Positions 52,904 through 61,331 of a DNA stretch of 64,000 nt are shown here, one piece after another; the first letter of the stretch is position 1, and the number at the start of each line of letters is the position of its first letter. This DNA comes from an uncultured Gemmatimonadaceae bacterium. GTDB lineage: Bacteria > Gemmatimonadota > Gemmatimonadetes > Gemmatimonadales > Gemmatimonadaceae. The notes below the pieces were generated by a model, which made no database searches, was not told where the DNA came from, and saw only the letters and a list, made by a program, of their open reading frames with translations. Both the position numbers and the translations under genes were made by a program. The DNA lies in NCBI GenBank assembly GCA_963822945.1, contig CAWGJO010000037.1, positions 17,533 through 81,532 on the forward strand. Reading direction: 5' to 3'.

Positions 52904-53617
52904 ATGGGCTCCGTCTACGCGCTCACGCTCCGGCAGCTCTCGGGACGGTGGCGCCTGGCCATCATGACCGTGCTGGCGCTGCTGCCGGTGGTGTTCACGG
53001 CGCTGGTGGTACGCTCTGGCTCGGCGCCCTTCGTCGACGAGTTCGAGACTATCGTGCTCAGCACGATGCTCGCGGGCTCCATCTCGCCGCTCATCATCGT
53101 CGCCATCGCCAGCGTCGCGTTCGGCAACGAGGTGGAGGACAACACCCTCGCGAACCTGACGCTGGCCCCCATCCCGCGGTGGCAGATCGTGCTTCCCAAG
53201 CTCGCGGCCTCGGTCACCGTCGCGGCCCCGTTCATTCTCGGCAGTGCGTTCGTCACCAGCTGGATCGCCTACAACCACGACCTGCGAGCGGTGACGGCGG
53301 TGACCTTGGGTGCGTTGGCCGGCCTCGTGATGTACGCCTCGGCGTTCGTCTGGCTGGGGCTGGTCACGCGGCAGTCCATCGGCGTGGGGCTGCTGTACAT
53401 CGTGCTCTGGGAAGGGTTCTTCTCCGGATACGTATCGGGAATCCGCTTCTTCAGCATCCGCCACTACTCGGTGGCGCTGATGCATGGGCTCGACCCGCGG
53501 CGGTTCGTGGGCGAGCCCCACGTCGGGCTGACGGCGGCCGCGGTGGTGACCGTCGTCGTGTGTGCCGGATTCCTGGTGCTGTCCACGCGGCGGCTGCGCA
53601 CGATGGACGTGCCGTAG
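52904..53617 (+). CDS. ABC-2 type permease
   Basis: FGNEVEDNTL..L...PIPRW.IVL.K; 6 TM segments. Confidence 0.85.
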   Translation: MGSVYALTLRQLSGRWRLAIMTVLALLPVVFTALVVRSGSAPFVDEFETIVLSTMLAGSISPLIIVAIASVAFGNEVEDNTLANLTLAPIPRWQIVLPKLAASVTVAAPFILGSAFVTSWIAYNHDLRAVTAVTLGALAGLVMYASAFVWLGLVTRQSIGVGLLYIVLWEGFFSGYVSGIRFFSIRHYSVALMHGLDPRRFVGEPHVGLTAAAVVTVVVCAGFLVLSTRRLRTMDVP

Positions 53618-53902
53618 GGGGCGGGGACCGGAGCTTCGGGGGCCGCATTGCGCCCGGCCCTCGCGCGGCGCATATCGAATTGCAGATGGATTGGTTGAAC
53701 GCCGTACGTGCGGGCCCCACCCCCGACCGAGGCAGTCACAATGCATGCGTCCGTCCGAACGGTGCTCGTCGCGCTCGCCCTCGTCGCCACTGCATGCTTC
53801 GCGTACCGGCCCGCCGCCGGGGGTTGGGCAGGATGAGACGCGGGGGGCGCGCCAAGCGGCCGGCCGCCGCGGCCTGGCGCCGCATGCCCCGCGCGCGGTT
53901 GG

Positions 53903-54140
53903 CATAGTTGCGAGCTTCACCATTTCGCTTGACGGATACGGAGCCGGCCCGAATCAGGACCTCGACCATCCCATGGGCGTTGGCGGACAGGATCTGCACC
54001 CGTGGCTCCTCTCGACACGCACCTTCCAGGTTCCGGTCTTCGTCCTGACCCATCACGCGCGGCCACCGCTCCCGATGGAAGGCGACACGGCGTTCCACTT
54101 CTTCACGGGCGGCATGCGCGAGGCGCTCGACCGGCAGACG
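53903..54140 (+). pseudogene. Dihydrofolate reductase/RibD-C family fragment with internal deletion
   Basis: SFTISLDGYGAGPNQ...GG..LH.W joined directly to PVFVLTHHAR...FHF. Confidence 0.7.
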
Positions 54141-54192
54141 GGAACACGGCTCAAACGCCGCGCGGCTGTGCCGCGCGAGGAGAGGAACCGGT

Positions 54193-54723
54193 ATGGCGAA
54201 GCTCGTGTTCGGCATGAACCAGTCCCTGGACGGCTACGTTGACCATACGGCGTTCGGGCCGGGCCCCACACTCTTTCGCCACTTCATCGAGCAGGTGGAA
54301 GGGCAGACGGGCGCTGTCTACGGCCGCCAGATGTATGAGGTCATGCGGTACTGGGACGACGAGCATCCTGAATGGGATGCCGAGGAACGCGCCTTCGCGG
54401 CGGCCTGGCGGAACGTTCCGAAATGGGTGGTCTCGCGCTCGCTCAACTCGGCGGGTCCCAACGCCAGACTCATCGAACATGATCTCGAGGACGCGATCCG
54501 AAAGGTGAAGGCCGAGCACGACGGCGAGGTCGAAGTCGCCGGCCCGAACCTGGCTCGGAGTCTCACCGAACTCGGCCTGATCGATGAGTACCGCATCTAC
54601 CTGCACCCCGTGGTGCTCGGCAGCGGCAAACCGTATTTCGCCGGTCCTCGGCCGCCACTCCGCTTGCTGACCAGCGACCGGATTGGCGAGGATGTGATCA
54701 GGCTGACCTACGGGCCCGCGTGA
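54193..54723 (+). CDS. Dihydrofolate reductase/RibD C-terminal domain protein
   Basis: MNQSLDGY, YGRQMYE, GLIDEYRIYLHPVVLGSG. Confidence 0.9.
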   Translation: MAKLVFGMNQSLDGYVDHTAFGPGPTLFRHFIEQVEGQTGAVYGRQMYEVMRYWDDEHPEWDAEERAFAAAWRNVPKWVVSRSLNSAGPNARLIEHDLEDAIRKVKAEHDGEVEVAGPNLARSLTELGLIDEYRIYLHPVVLGSGKPYFAGPRPPLRLLTSDRIGEDVIRLTYGPA

Positions 54724-55088
54724 TCGCGCGACGATTCGCACCATTGATCGTGTTCGCGCTGGTTGCGGCGTGCACGCATGAGCTGAGTCCGACGGCGCGC
54801 GGCCGCTACGTGTTCGGTGGGGAAGTGCGGTCGTTCCAGCCGTGTGGCGACGCGAACGAGTACTGGGTCGTCACGTCAGACTCGAATCGGATTCGTCTGC
54901 GCACGCTGCATGGGCAACTCACCTCACGCCCGTATCAGGCCATCTACATCGAGGTGCGCGGCGCCCGGACGGATGGCGTTGCAGGCGAGTTCTCCCGGGC
55001 GTATGATGGGCTGTTTCGCATCGATACCATACTGAAGGTGTCCGCCGAGATTCCAAGCAGTTGTTCGGCGCCGGCGAAGCCAGAGTAG
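54720..55088 (+). CDS. Lipoprotein, NlpE C-terminal OB-fold-like
   Basis: Lipobox VAAC; G.YV.G.EV.SF.PC....YWV...IYIEVRG. Confidence 0.6.
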   Translation: MIARRFAPLIVFALVAACTHELSPTARGRYVFGGEVRSFQPCGDANEYWVVTSDSNRIRLRTLHGQLTSRPYQAIYIEVRGARTDGVAGEFSRAYDGLFRIDTILKVSAEIPSSCSAPAKPE

Positions 55089-55160
55089 GGATGCGCGCTG
55101 AGCGAACAACACCACCCATCGTGAGACGGCGCCGGATTGCCTCGGGAGGTCGGATCAGTC

Positions 55161-55646
55161 GTGAATCGTGATAATGAGCTGCTCCTGCACTTCCTGGCGG
55201 CCATCGCCTACCGGACGCAGAAGGCACTGCGCGGCGCCCCAGCGCGCTATCCGGACCTCGCGGTCGGTCACGGCTCGCGAACGCCCGTCGAGATTCTCCG
55301 GCACATGACCAGTCTCATGGGCTACACTCAGACGCTGTTCCTGGGTGGTGAATACCCGATGGTCCCCGACGCACTGCCCACGTTTGACGACGAGGTGGCG
55401 CGGTTCCACGACGAGTTGAACGGTGTGGGAGCGCTGCTGAGGTCGGGGGCGTCGTTGCGAGACATCTCCACGGAGCAGTTGCTGCAGGGCCCGTTGGCCG
55501 ACACGATGACCCACGTGGGACAGCTGGCCCTGATGCGGCGCCTCGCCGACAGCGCCGTTCGCGGGGAGAATTTCATTTTTGCCGAGGTGCGCGCAGACCG
55601 GTTGGGGGTCGATCAGGCCGCGCCGGCTCGCCCGGACCCGGAATGA
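55161..55646 (+). CDS. DinB-like hypothetical protein
   Basis: RTP.EIL.H...QGPLAD.MTHVGQLALMRRL. Confidence 0.7.
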   Translation: MNRDNELLLHFLAAIAYRTQKALRGAPARYPDLAVGHGSRTPVEILRHMTSLMGYTQTLFLGGEYPMVPDALPTFDDEVARFHDELNGVGALLRSGASLRDISTEQLLQGPLADTMTHVGQLALMRRLADSAVRGENFIFAEVRADRLGVDQAAPARPDPE

Positions 55647-55786
55647 TCTGACGCGGGCTCGCTACGGGGCGCTGCCGGCGCCAACGTCGCGCCTGGCGCC
55701 CTGCGGCGCCGGCCGCGACTATTAGAAAACGTCGCAGGAGAGCGCCGCGGCGCTATGCGACCGACTCGAGGACCGCCTGGCTTCTC

Positions 55787-57028
55787 ATGCACACGAACGC
55801 CCCGTACTCAGGCAACGCACTGCTCCAGCCGCTGATCGCGTTCCTACGCCTTGAAGCGGCCGGCGGCCTGGTGCTGATGGCGTCCGCCGCGTTGGCGCTG
55901 ATCGTCGCCAACTCGCCGCTCGCGGTTCACTATGCGGCGCTGCTGGATACACCGCTTGCGGTCAGCGTCGGGGCGTTCGGCCTCGCCAAGCCCTTGCTGT
56001 TGTGGATCAATGACGGCCTCATGGCGGTGTTCTTCTTCCTCGTCGGCATGGAGCTGAAGCGCGAGGTGCTGGAAGGGCACCTGTCGAGCCTGCGCCAGGC
56101 GGCGCTGCCGGCGTTTGCCGCGGCCGGGGGCATGCTCGTTCCCGCCGCCGTGTACGTGTCATTGAATCGGGCTGACGCCGTCGCGATGCAGGGGTGGGCG
56201 ATCCCGACCGCGACCGACATCGCCTTTGCGTTGGGCGTGCTCGCCCTGCTCGGCAAGCGGGTGCCGGTCGCGTTGAAGGTTCTGCTGCTGAGCATCGCCA
56301 TCTTCGACGACTTTGGCGCGATCGTCGTGATCGCCCTGTTCTACACGGCCAAGCTTTCCTTGCTGGCACTGGCGATCGCGGCAGGTCTGACGGTGGCGCT
56401 TGCGGTCCTCAATCGCATGCGCGTGATGCGGCCGGTCGCCTACATCCTGATCGGCATCGCCCTGTGGGTGGCGGTCTTGAAATCGGGGGTGCACGCCACG
56501 CTCGCGGGCGTCGTGGTGGCGATGTTCATTCCGCTGCGCGGGCCGGAGGGCGACGCGTCGTCGGTACCCGCGTCACCGCTGCGACAACTCGAGCACACGC
56601 TGCATCCGTGGGTGGCGTTCGGGATTCTGCCCGTGTTTGCGTTTGCCAACGCCGGCATCGCGATCGGTGGGTTCTCGATCGGCGACATCTTTCATCCCGT
56701 GCCATTGGGCATCGCGGCCGGCCTGTTCTTCGGGAAGCAGATCGGGGTACTGGCGCTGTGCTGGATTGCCATACGCGTGCGACTCGCGGCGCTACCAGAA
56801 GGCGTCAGCTGGTGGCAACTCTACGGGACTGCCCTGCTGTGCGGCATCGGGTTCACCATGAGCCTGTTCATCGCATCCCTGGCCTTCGAGTCCGGCAACT
56901 CGGCCTATCTGGGACTGGAGCGACTCGGAATCCTGATCGGGTCGTTGGCGGCCGGGCTGTTGGGGTACCTCGTGCTGCGGTTCACGCCCGGCGCGCGGCG
57001 CCTCGTTGGCTCCCCATCGCCCTCGTGA
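55787..57028 (+). CDS. nhaA: Na+/H+ antiporter NhaA
   Basis: WINDGLMAVFF, GWAIPTATDIAFA, AIFDD, KSGVHATLAG, GIGFTMSLFI. Confidence 0.95.
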   Translation: MHTNAPYSGNALLQPLIAFLRLEAAGGLVLMASAALALIVANSPLAVHYAALLDTPLAVSVGAFGLAKPLLLWINDGLMAVFFFLVGMELKREVLEGHLSSLRQAALPAFAAAGGMLVPAAVYVSLNRADAVAMQGWAIPTATDIAFALGVLALLGKRVPVALKVLLLSIAIFDDFGAIVVIALFYTAKLSLLALAIAAGLTVALAVLNRMRVMRPVAYILIGIALWVAVLKSGVHATLAGVVVAMFIPLRGPEGDASSVPASPLRQLEHTLHPWVAFGILPVFAFANAGIAIGGFSIGDIFHPVPLGIAAGLFFGKQIGVLALCWIAIRVRLAALPEGVSWWQLYGTALLCGIGFTMSLFIASLAFESGNSAYLGLERLGILIGSLAAGLLGYLVLRFTPGARRLVGSPSPS

Positions 57029-57109
57029 TCTGGTAATCGGCGTCGTCCGCGTACGCGGCGAAAGCGGCCGGACCACGGGCCGCTCGTACAGCACGTGATA
57101 GGCGAGGCC

Positions 57110-57243
57110 GGCGACCACCGCGGTGACCACGTGGCGAAGAAGAGCAGGAAGAACCCGTAGAACGTCATCTCGAAGACGAGGGTCCACGCCGGGTCCAGAG
57201 CGGGCCGAGCATGAGACGGGAGGAGCGTCAGCGAGGTGAACAA
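57110..57243 (-). pseudogene. Acyltransferase-3 (OafA-like) internal fragment
   Basis: SLTLLP...DPAWTLVFEMTFY..F. Confidence 0.5.
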
Positions 57244-57249
57244 GCTCCA

Positions 57250-57468
57250 ATGCGGCGTGAGTGCCTATCGCAACACCACTTTTTGTCGCTCGAGGACGCG
57301 CAGCAGATTCTGGACACGTGGCGGGACGAGTACAACAACGAGCGCCCGCACAGCAGCTTGCACGACCTCCCACCCGCTCACTTCCGAGCCGCGGGAGCGA
57401 ACCACGCAGACCGAGTCGTCCAGCATTCCTGACTTCAATACTGGTCCGTGGATGTGGCCAAGAGCCCA
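57250..57468 (+). mobile_element. Remnant 3' end of a second IS3-family element
   Basis: RRECLSQHHFLSLEDAQQILDTWRDEYNNERPHSSL; IRR-like end ...TGGTCCG...CCCA. Confidence 0.7.
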
Positions 57469-57561
57469 ACGGCCTGGGTCCCTGAAAAGTGGTCCAGCCG
57501 GGGTCCCGTTTTGACAGGGAGCTGAAGCGAGGCCAGACTCTCGGGAGAGAGGAGGCCAGGG

Positions 57562-57828
57562 ATGCGGAAGAGCAAGTTCACGCCGGAGCAGATCCTCCAG
57601 GCGCTGCGGCAAGCCGAGGGCGGGACGGCGGTGGTTGACATCTGCCGGAAGCTCGGGGTCACGGAGACGACGTTCTATCGCTGGAAGAAGCAGTACACGG
57701 GGCTCGACGTGAGCGAGTTGCGGGAGCTGAAGCAGCTGCGGGATGAGAATCGGCGGCTGAAACAGGTCGTCGCCGATCTGACGCTCGACAAGACGATGCT
57801 GCGCGAGGCGCTCGGAAAAAAATGGTGA
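57562..57828 (+). CDS. IS3 transposase OrfA
   Basis: MRKSKFT.EQI...CRKLGV...TFYRWKK; A7 slippery site at 57816-57822. Confidence 0.92.
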   Translation: MRKSKFTPEQILQALRQAEGGTAVVDICRKLGVTETTFYRWKKQYTGLDVSELRELKQLRDENRRLKQVVADLTLDKTMLREALGKKW

Positions 57829-58676
57829 GCCCAAGCCAGCGACGCCGGATGTTGGCTTGGGCGCGGGGCGCCTATGGCGTGAGCGAGCGGCGCGCGTGCC
57901 GCGGCTTGGTGATCCAGCGCTCGTCGATGCGCTACCGGGCCCGGCGGCCGGACGATGCGCCGGTGCGCCGCCGCCTCCACGAGCTGGCCCGGGATCGCCC
58001 CAGCTTCGGCGCGAAGCGCCTGCACGTGCTGCTGCGCCGGGACGGGCTCCGGATCAATCACAAGAAGGTGCATCGGCTGTACATCGAGGAAGGGCTGCAA
58101 CTCAAGCCACGTCGCCGGCGTCGCCGCTCCGCGACCGTTCGACAGCCGCGGGCCGTGGTGAGCCACGCGAATGAGCGGTGGGCGATGGACTTCATGCACG
58201 ACGTGTTGGCCACCGGGCAGACAGTGCGCGTGTTCACGCTCGTGGACGTCTACACGCGCGAGTGCGTGGCGCTCGAGGTCGCGCGCTCGTTCCGGGGGAG
58301 CGACGTGGCGCGGCTCCTCAGCGATGCCGGCGAGCGCCGCGGCGGCTTACCCGCCATCATCCAGTGCGACAATGGGACGGAGTTCACCTCCACTGCGCTG
58401 GATCACTGGGCGTACTGGAATCGCGTCAAGCTCGACTTCAGCCGCCCGGGGAAGCCCGTCGACAACAGCGTGTGCGAGGCCTTCAACGGCAGCGTACGAC
58501 GTGAGTGTCTCACGTGTCATTGGTTTGCCTCTCTCGCGGAGGCGCGCGTCACGCTAGCTTCGTGGCGCGAGGACTACAACAACCACCGGCCCCATACGAG
58601 CTTGGGGCTGCAACCACCGGCGGCGTACGCGGGCGCCGGCCACTACCTACCTCGCATCAGAACTCTCAGAAACTGA
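57822..58676 (+). CDS. IS3 transposase OrfB (DDE)
   Basis: WAMDF, DVYTREC, CDNGTEF, EAFNG..R.ECL, YN..RPH.SLG. Confidence 0.93.
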   Translation: MVSPSQRRRMLAWARGAYGVSERRACRGLVIQRSSMRYRARRPDDAPVRRRLHELARDRPSFGAKRLHVLLRRDGLRINHKKVHRLYIEEGLQLKPRRRRRRSATVRQPRAVVSHANERWAMDFMHDVLATGQTVRVFTLVDVYTRECVALEVARSFRGSDVARLLSDAGERRGGLPAIIQCDNGTEFTSTALDHWAYWNRVKLDFSRPGKPVDNSVCEAFNGSVRRECLTCHWFASLAEARVTLASWREDYNNHRPHTSLGLQPPAAYAGAGHYLPRIRTLRN

Positions 58677-58763
58677 CGCTCTGGCGCGGATCAGTTTTGG
58701 GGACCCAGGCCCACACTCAGAAACTGACGCTCTGGAGCGGATCAGTTTTGGGGACCCAGGCCC
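58665..58763 (+). repeat. 51-bp tandem duplication of the IS3 right end
   Basis: CTCAGAAACTGACGCTCTGG.GCGGATCAGTTTTGGGGACCCAGGCCC at 58665 and 58716. Confidence 0.9.
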
Positions 58764-59038
58764 AACCCGAACGCTGGGACATAAGAACTGGGATAGCGTT
58801 GGGGTTCACGTGACAGAGTCTGTCGGTCTCCGGAGCCACCAGCATCGGCCGGTCGGTCGCTGAGTTAACCTCGGTTAACCAGCCAATGACCCATGGTTAA
58901 CCCCTCTGACCCTACTGTATTTCGGAGATTGGGAGGGGGATGCCAACCGCCTTCCTCGACTCCCCAATACCGAGATCGCCGTCGCTGCCGCTGGCGACAA
59001 GGCGATGAACTTCCGCTCCCCCAATCTGGAGGCGTCCA

Positions 59039-59713
59039 ATGCGACCTCTCTCTCTGGCCGTCACACTCCTCATAGTCACCGCGTGTGACGGCGTACAACC
59101 CACGGCCCCTGCCGCACCCGACCAGACGAATCTCGGACCATCACGGATATTGGCAGCCAAGGACAACTCGGGAGCGCCGCACCAGAGGCTCACACGGGGA
59201 GACGCTGAAGCGGTGCTCAACGCGTTCGGAACCGCCGGCTACCTGATCACGGCCAAGAAGGGATTTGTCCCGGTATCGGCCGCGCCCGGCGACTTCTACG
59301 GCGACAAGGGAGCCATCCGGCCCCTGCCCTACCTTGACGGGCATCACTATTGCACGCTCGACTGGCTCGTGCCGATGTTCGCGGTATTTGATTGGGACGA
59401 TGCCAGTACGGGGCCGCGCTCTCCCCATGAGATCCGAGCGGAGCTTGCAAGCAGTTCGGTACTCCTGTCGATTGACGGCCAGGCGTTCCCAACCCGGCGC
59501 ACCCCCGTAAAGCCAGCCAACGCGCAGCGAGCCTTTGGCGATGCGAACGCCTTTGGCTACCAGGTCGGCAATCCGGTACCTCCTGGTACGTTCTCGATCG
59601 GCGCACACACGATCCATGCGGACGTCTTCTTGGATGGTGTGCTTGATGACTTCGGTCTGGAAACCACCACGTTCTATATCGATGATGCATCGTCGGCCAC
59701 CTGCACAGGATAG
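59039..59713 (+). CDS. Hypothetical lipoprotein
   Basis: GGAGG RBS, lipobox VTAC; no recognisable domain. Confidence 0.65.
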   Translation: MRPLSLAVTLLIVTACDGVQPTAPAAPDQTNLGPSRILAAKDNSGAPHQRLTRGDAEAVLNAFGTAGYLITAKKGFVPVSAAPGDFYGDKGAIRPLPYLDGHHYCTLDWLVPMFAVFDWDDASTGPRSPHEIRAELASSSVLLSIDGQAFPTRRTPVKPANAQRAFGDANAFGYQVGNPVPPGTFSIGAHTIHADVFLDGVLDDFGLETTTFYIDDASSATCTG

Positions 59714-59745
59714 CGAAGTCACACGAGAATCCTCGCGGCCCCAAG

Positions 59746-60172
59746 GGATAGGAATTTCAATCCCCGTATGGTCAGACGGGGGCGCGCTGGGAACCGGTGT
59801 GCAACTGGGAGCCGGCGGGGGCGCGGCCCGCAGCGGGGCGTTGGGCCGCGCGCTTGGGGAGGGCGGCTGCTGTACCGGGGCGTGGCGGGTCCCCGGCGGG
59901 CGTTGCGCGCCCCGACGGGCACGCCGAAGGTCCCCCGGGGCGAGCCCAGGGGCCGATCGGCGGGCGATCAGGATGAGACGCGGGAGGCGGCGCGCCGCGG
60001 GGGCGGGGCCGCGAGTCGGCGCTCGGGTGGGGGCCCCCGCCCCCGCGTGGCCCGGCGGAGGTGGGCGAGGATCCGATCGATCACCGCTCCCTCGGTGATG
60101 ATGGCGAGGATGCGCATCGCGCCGCCGCACGCCGGGCAGGCGAGCGGGTCCACTTCATAGATGTGGCGCACG
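59746..60172 (-). mobile_element. Second IS91/ISCR-like remnant: transposase C-terminus + oriIS-like end
   Basis: RHIYEVDPLACPACGGAMRILAIITEGAVIDRILAHL...RGPP; end sequence GGGGATTGAAATTCCTATCCC on the minus strand. Confidence 0.75.
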
Positions 60173-60296
60173 ATGGCTACTCTTTCTTGTGACACTTGTT
60201 GGGGCGTCCGTACCGTTTGTAGTTAGCTGGCGGTGGTTTAGCGCACGAGAAGCGACCTGACACCGCCTAGAATCACGACCATAATTGTTTGCTGCC

Positions 60297-60395
60297 GTAT
60301 AACACGCGCTTGGAGCGGTCAACCGCGCCGGCGTACCAGTTGGATGGCTGACATATTGTGAGCGCGGATTGCCGCTCGAACGCAAACCGTCAGAC
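60297..60395 (+). other. Integron attC site
   Basis: R'' GTATAAC, GAGCGG/CCGCTC and CAACCGCGC/GCGCGGATTG stems, R' GTCAGAC. Confidence 0.7.
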
Positions 60396-60411
60396 CGCCA
60401 TCGAGGATCCT

Positions 60412-60825
60412 ATGCGATGTGCAGCACTTGCTTTGGCCATGCTCCTCGCTGGAACGCAAGCCAACGCTCAGTCGAGAACCGTTTTCAAGGGCAGTCCCTT
60501 TGTTAAGATCAGCGAAGCCGGGTCCAGCCGTGTGGTAGACTCGCTCTCGCGTCCACGCGCCGAAAATCTAAGCGCCGTGGTTAGCGAGATTTCCGGGACA
60601 TATTACTGGGCAAGTCGAGAGAACAAGGAGCTAATCAGACACGAATCGGGCGCCTTCATTACTTATGCTGCTACCGATGGGTCGGGTTACATCCGTCTGA
60701 TCGATCCACTGTTTAAAGATGCGGCAGCATTGATTGGTGATTCTGAAGCAAAGTACGACTACGTAGAGCACCTGTTGATTGGGCTCGGTTCAGTGACCTA
60801 CTATGGCGTTGCCGACGCCTTTTGA
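60412..60825 (+). CDS. Secreted hypothetical protein (integron cassette gene)
   Basis: Signal peptide; lower GC than flanks; lies between an attC and a partial attC. Confidence 0.7.
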   Translation: MRCAALALAMLLAGTQANAQSRTVFKGSPFVKISEAGSSRVVDSLSRPRAENLSAVVSEISGTYYWASRENKELIRHESGAFITYAATDGSGYIRLIDPLFKDAAALIGDSEAKYDYVEHLLIGLGSVTYYGVADAF

Positions 60826-60838
60826 TTGGAGACGGCCG

Positions 60839-60865
60839 GTCTAACAGGCGCTTGAAGCAGTCCAG
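60839..60865 (+). other. Partial attC (R''/L'' half)
   Basis: GTCTAACAGGCGCTTGAAGCAG directly after the cassette gene; the matching second half is not evident. Confidence 0.5.
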
Positions 60866-61016
60866 CCCCCCAGGCCTCGGCCTCCTTGCGGCGGCCCCCT
60901 GGCGGTGCACACTCGATGGAAGTCAGACAATTCGCTGCGGGCGAGGCACCGGAACCACGTTTAGCGATGTGTGTGCCCGAACGATTCCGGCCGTTCCGAA
61001 GAGGAGGTATTAGCTC

Positions 61017-61307
61017 ATGACTGGATCGATCGCGTTCAACGGCGGCGCCACGAAGGTCGCCAAGATCAACTACCAGCTACCCATGCCGGGCAGCCATCAC
61101 GGCCGACGCCTTGTGCGGCTCGACCTGGGAATCAAGGGCTCCGAGTGGAGCGACGACGCCAAGGCCTTCGGCGAACAGCCGGGCGAGGCGGCTGGCATCG
61201 GGCCGTCCGGCCAAGGCTATACGATCGACGTGGCGCGCGCCCGTGAATACCTGCGGGGCAAGCTCACCGCCGTGGGCTTCCGCGCGACGACGTCGATCTC
61301 GCGCTGA
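61017..61307 (+). CDS. Hypothetical protein, 96 aa
   Basis: GAGGAGG RBS; first gene of a co-oriented cluster. Confidence 0.55.
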   Translation: MTGSIAFNGGATKVAKINYQLPMPGSHHGRRLVRLDLGIKGSEWSDDAKAFGEQPGEAAGIGPSGQGYTIDVARAREYLRGKLTAVGFRATTSISR

Positions 61308-61331
61308 CGCGACTGCCAGGAGTGATCACCG

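Larger units (their letters stand above)
57475..58707 (+). mobile_element. IS3-family insertion sequence (IS407-like group)
   Basis: IRL TGGGTCCCTGAAAAGTGGTCC and IRR GGATCAGTTTTGGGGACCCA; 4-bp GGCC target duplication; orfA/orfB. Confidence 0.92.

Noticed and set aside
55646..55770. Possible attC between the DinB-like gene and nhaA
   Set aside because: A GC-rich dyad is present, but there is no convincing RYYYAAC...GTTRRRY pair with L boxes.
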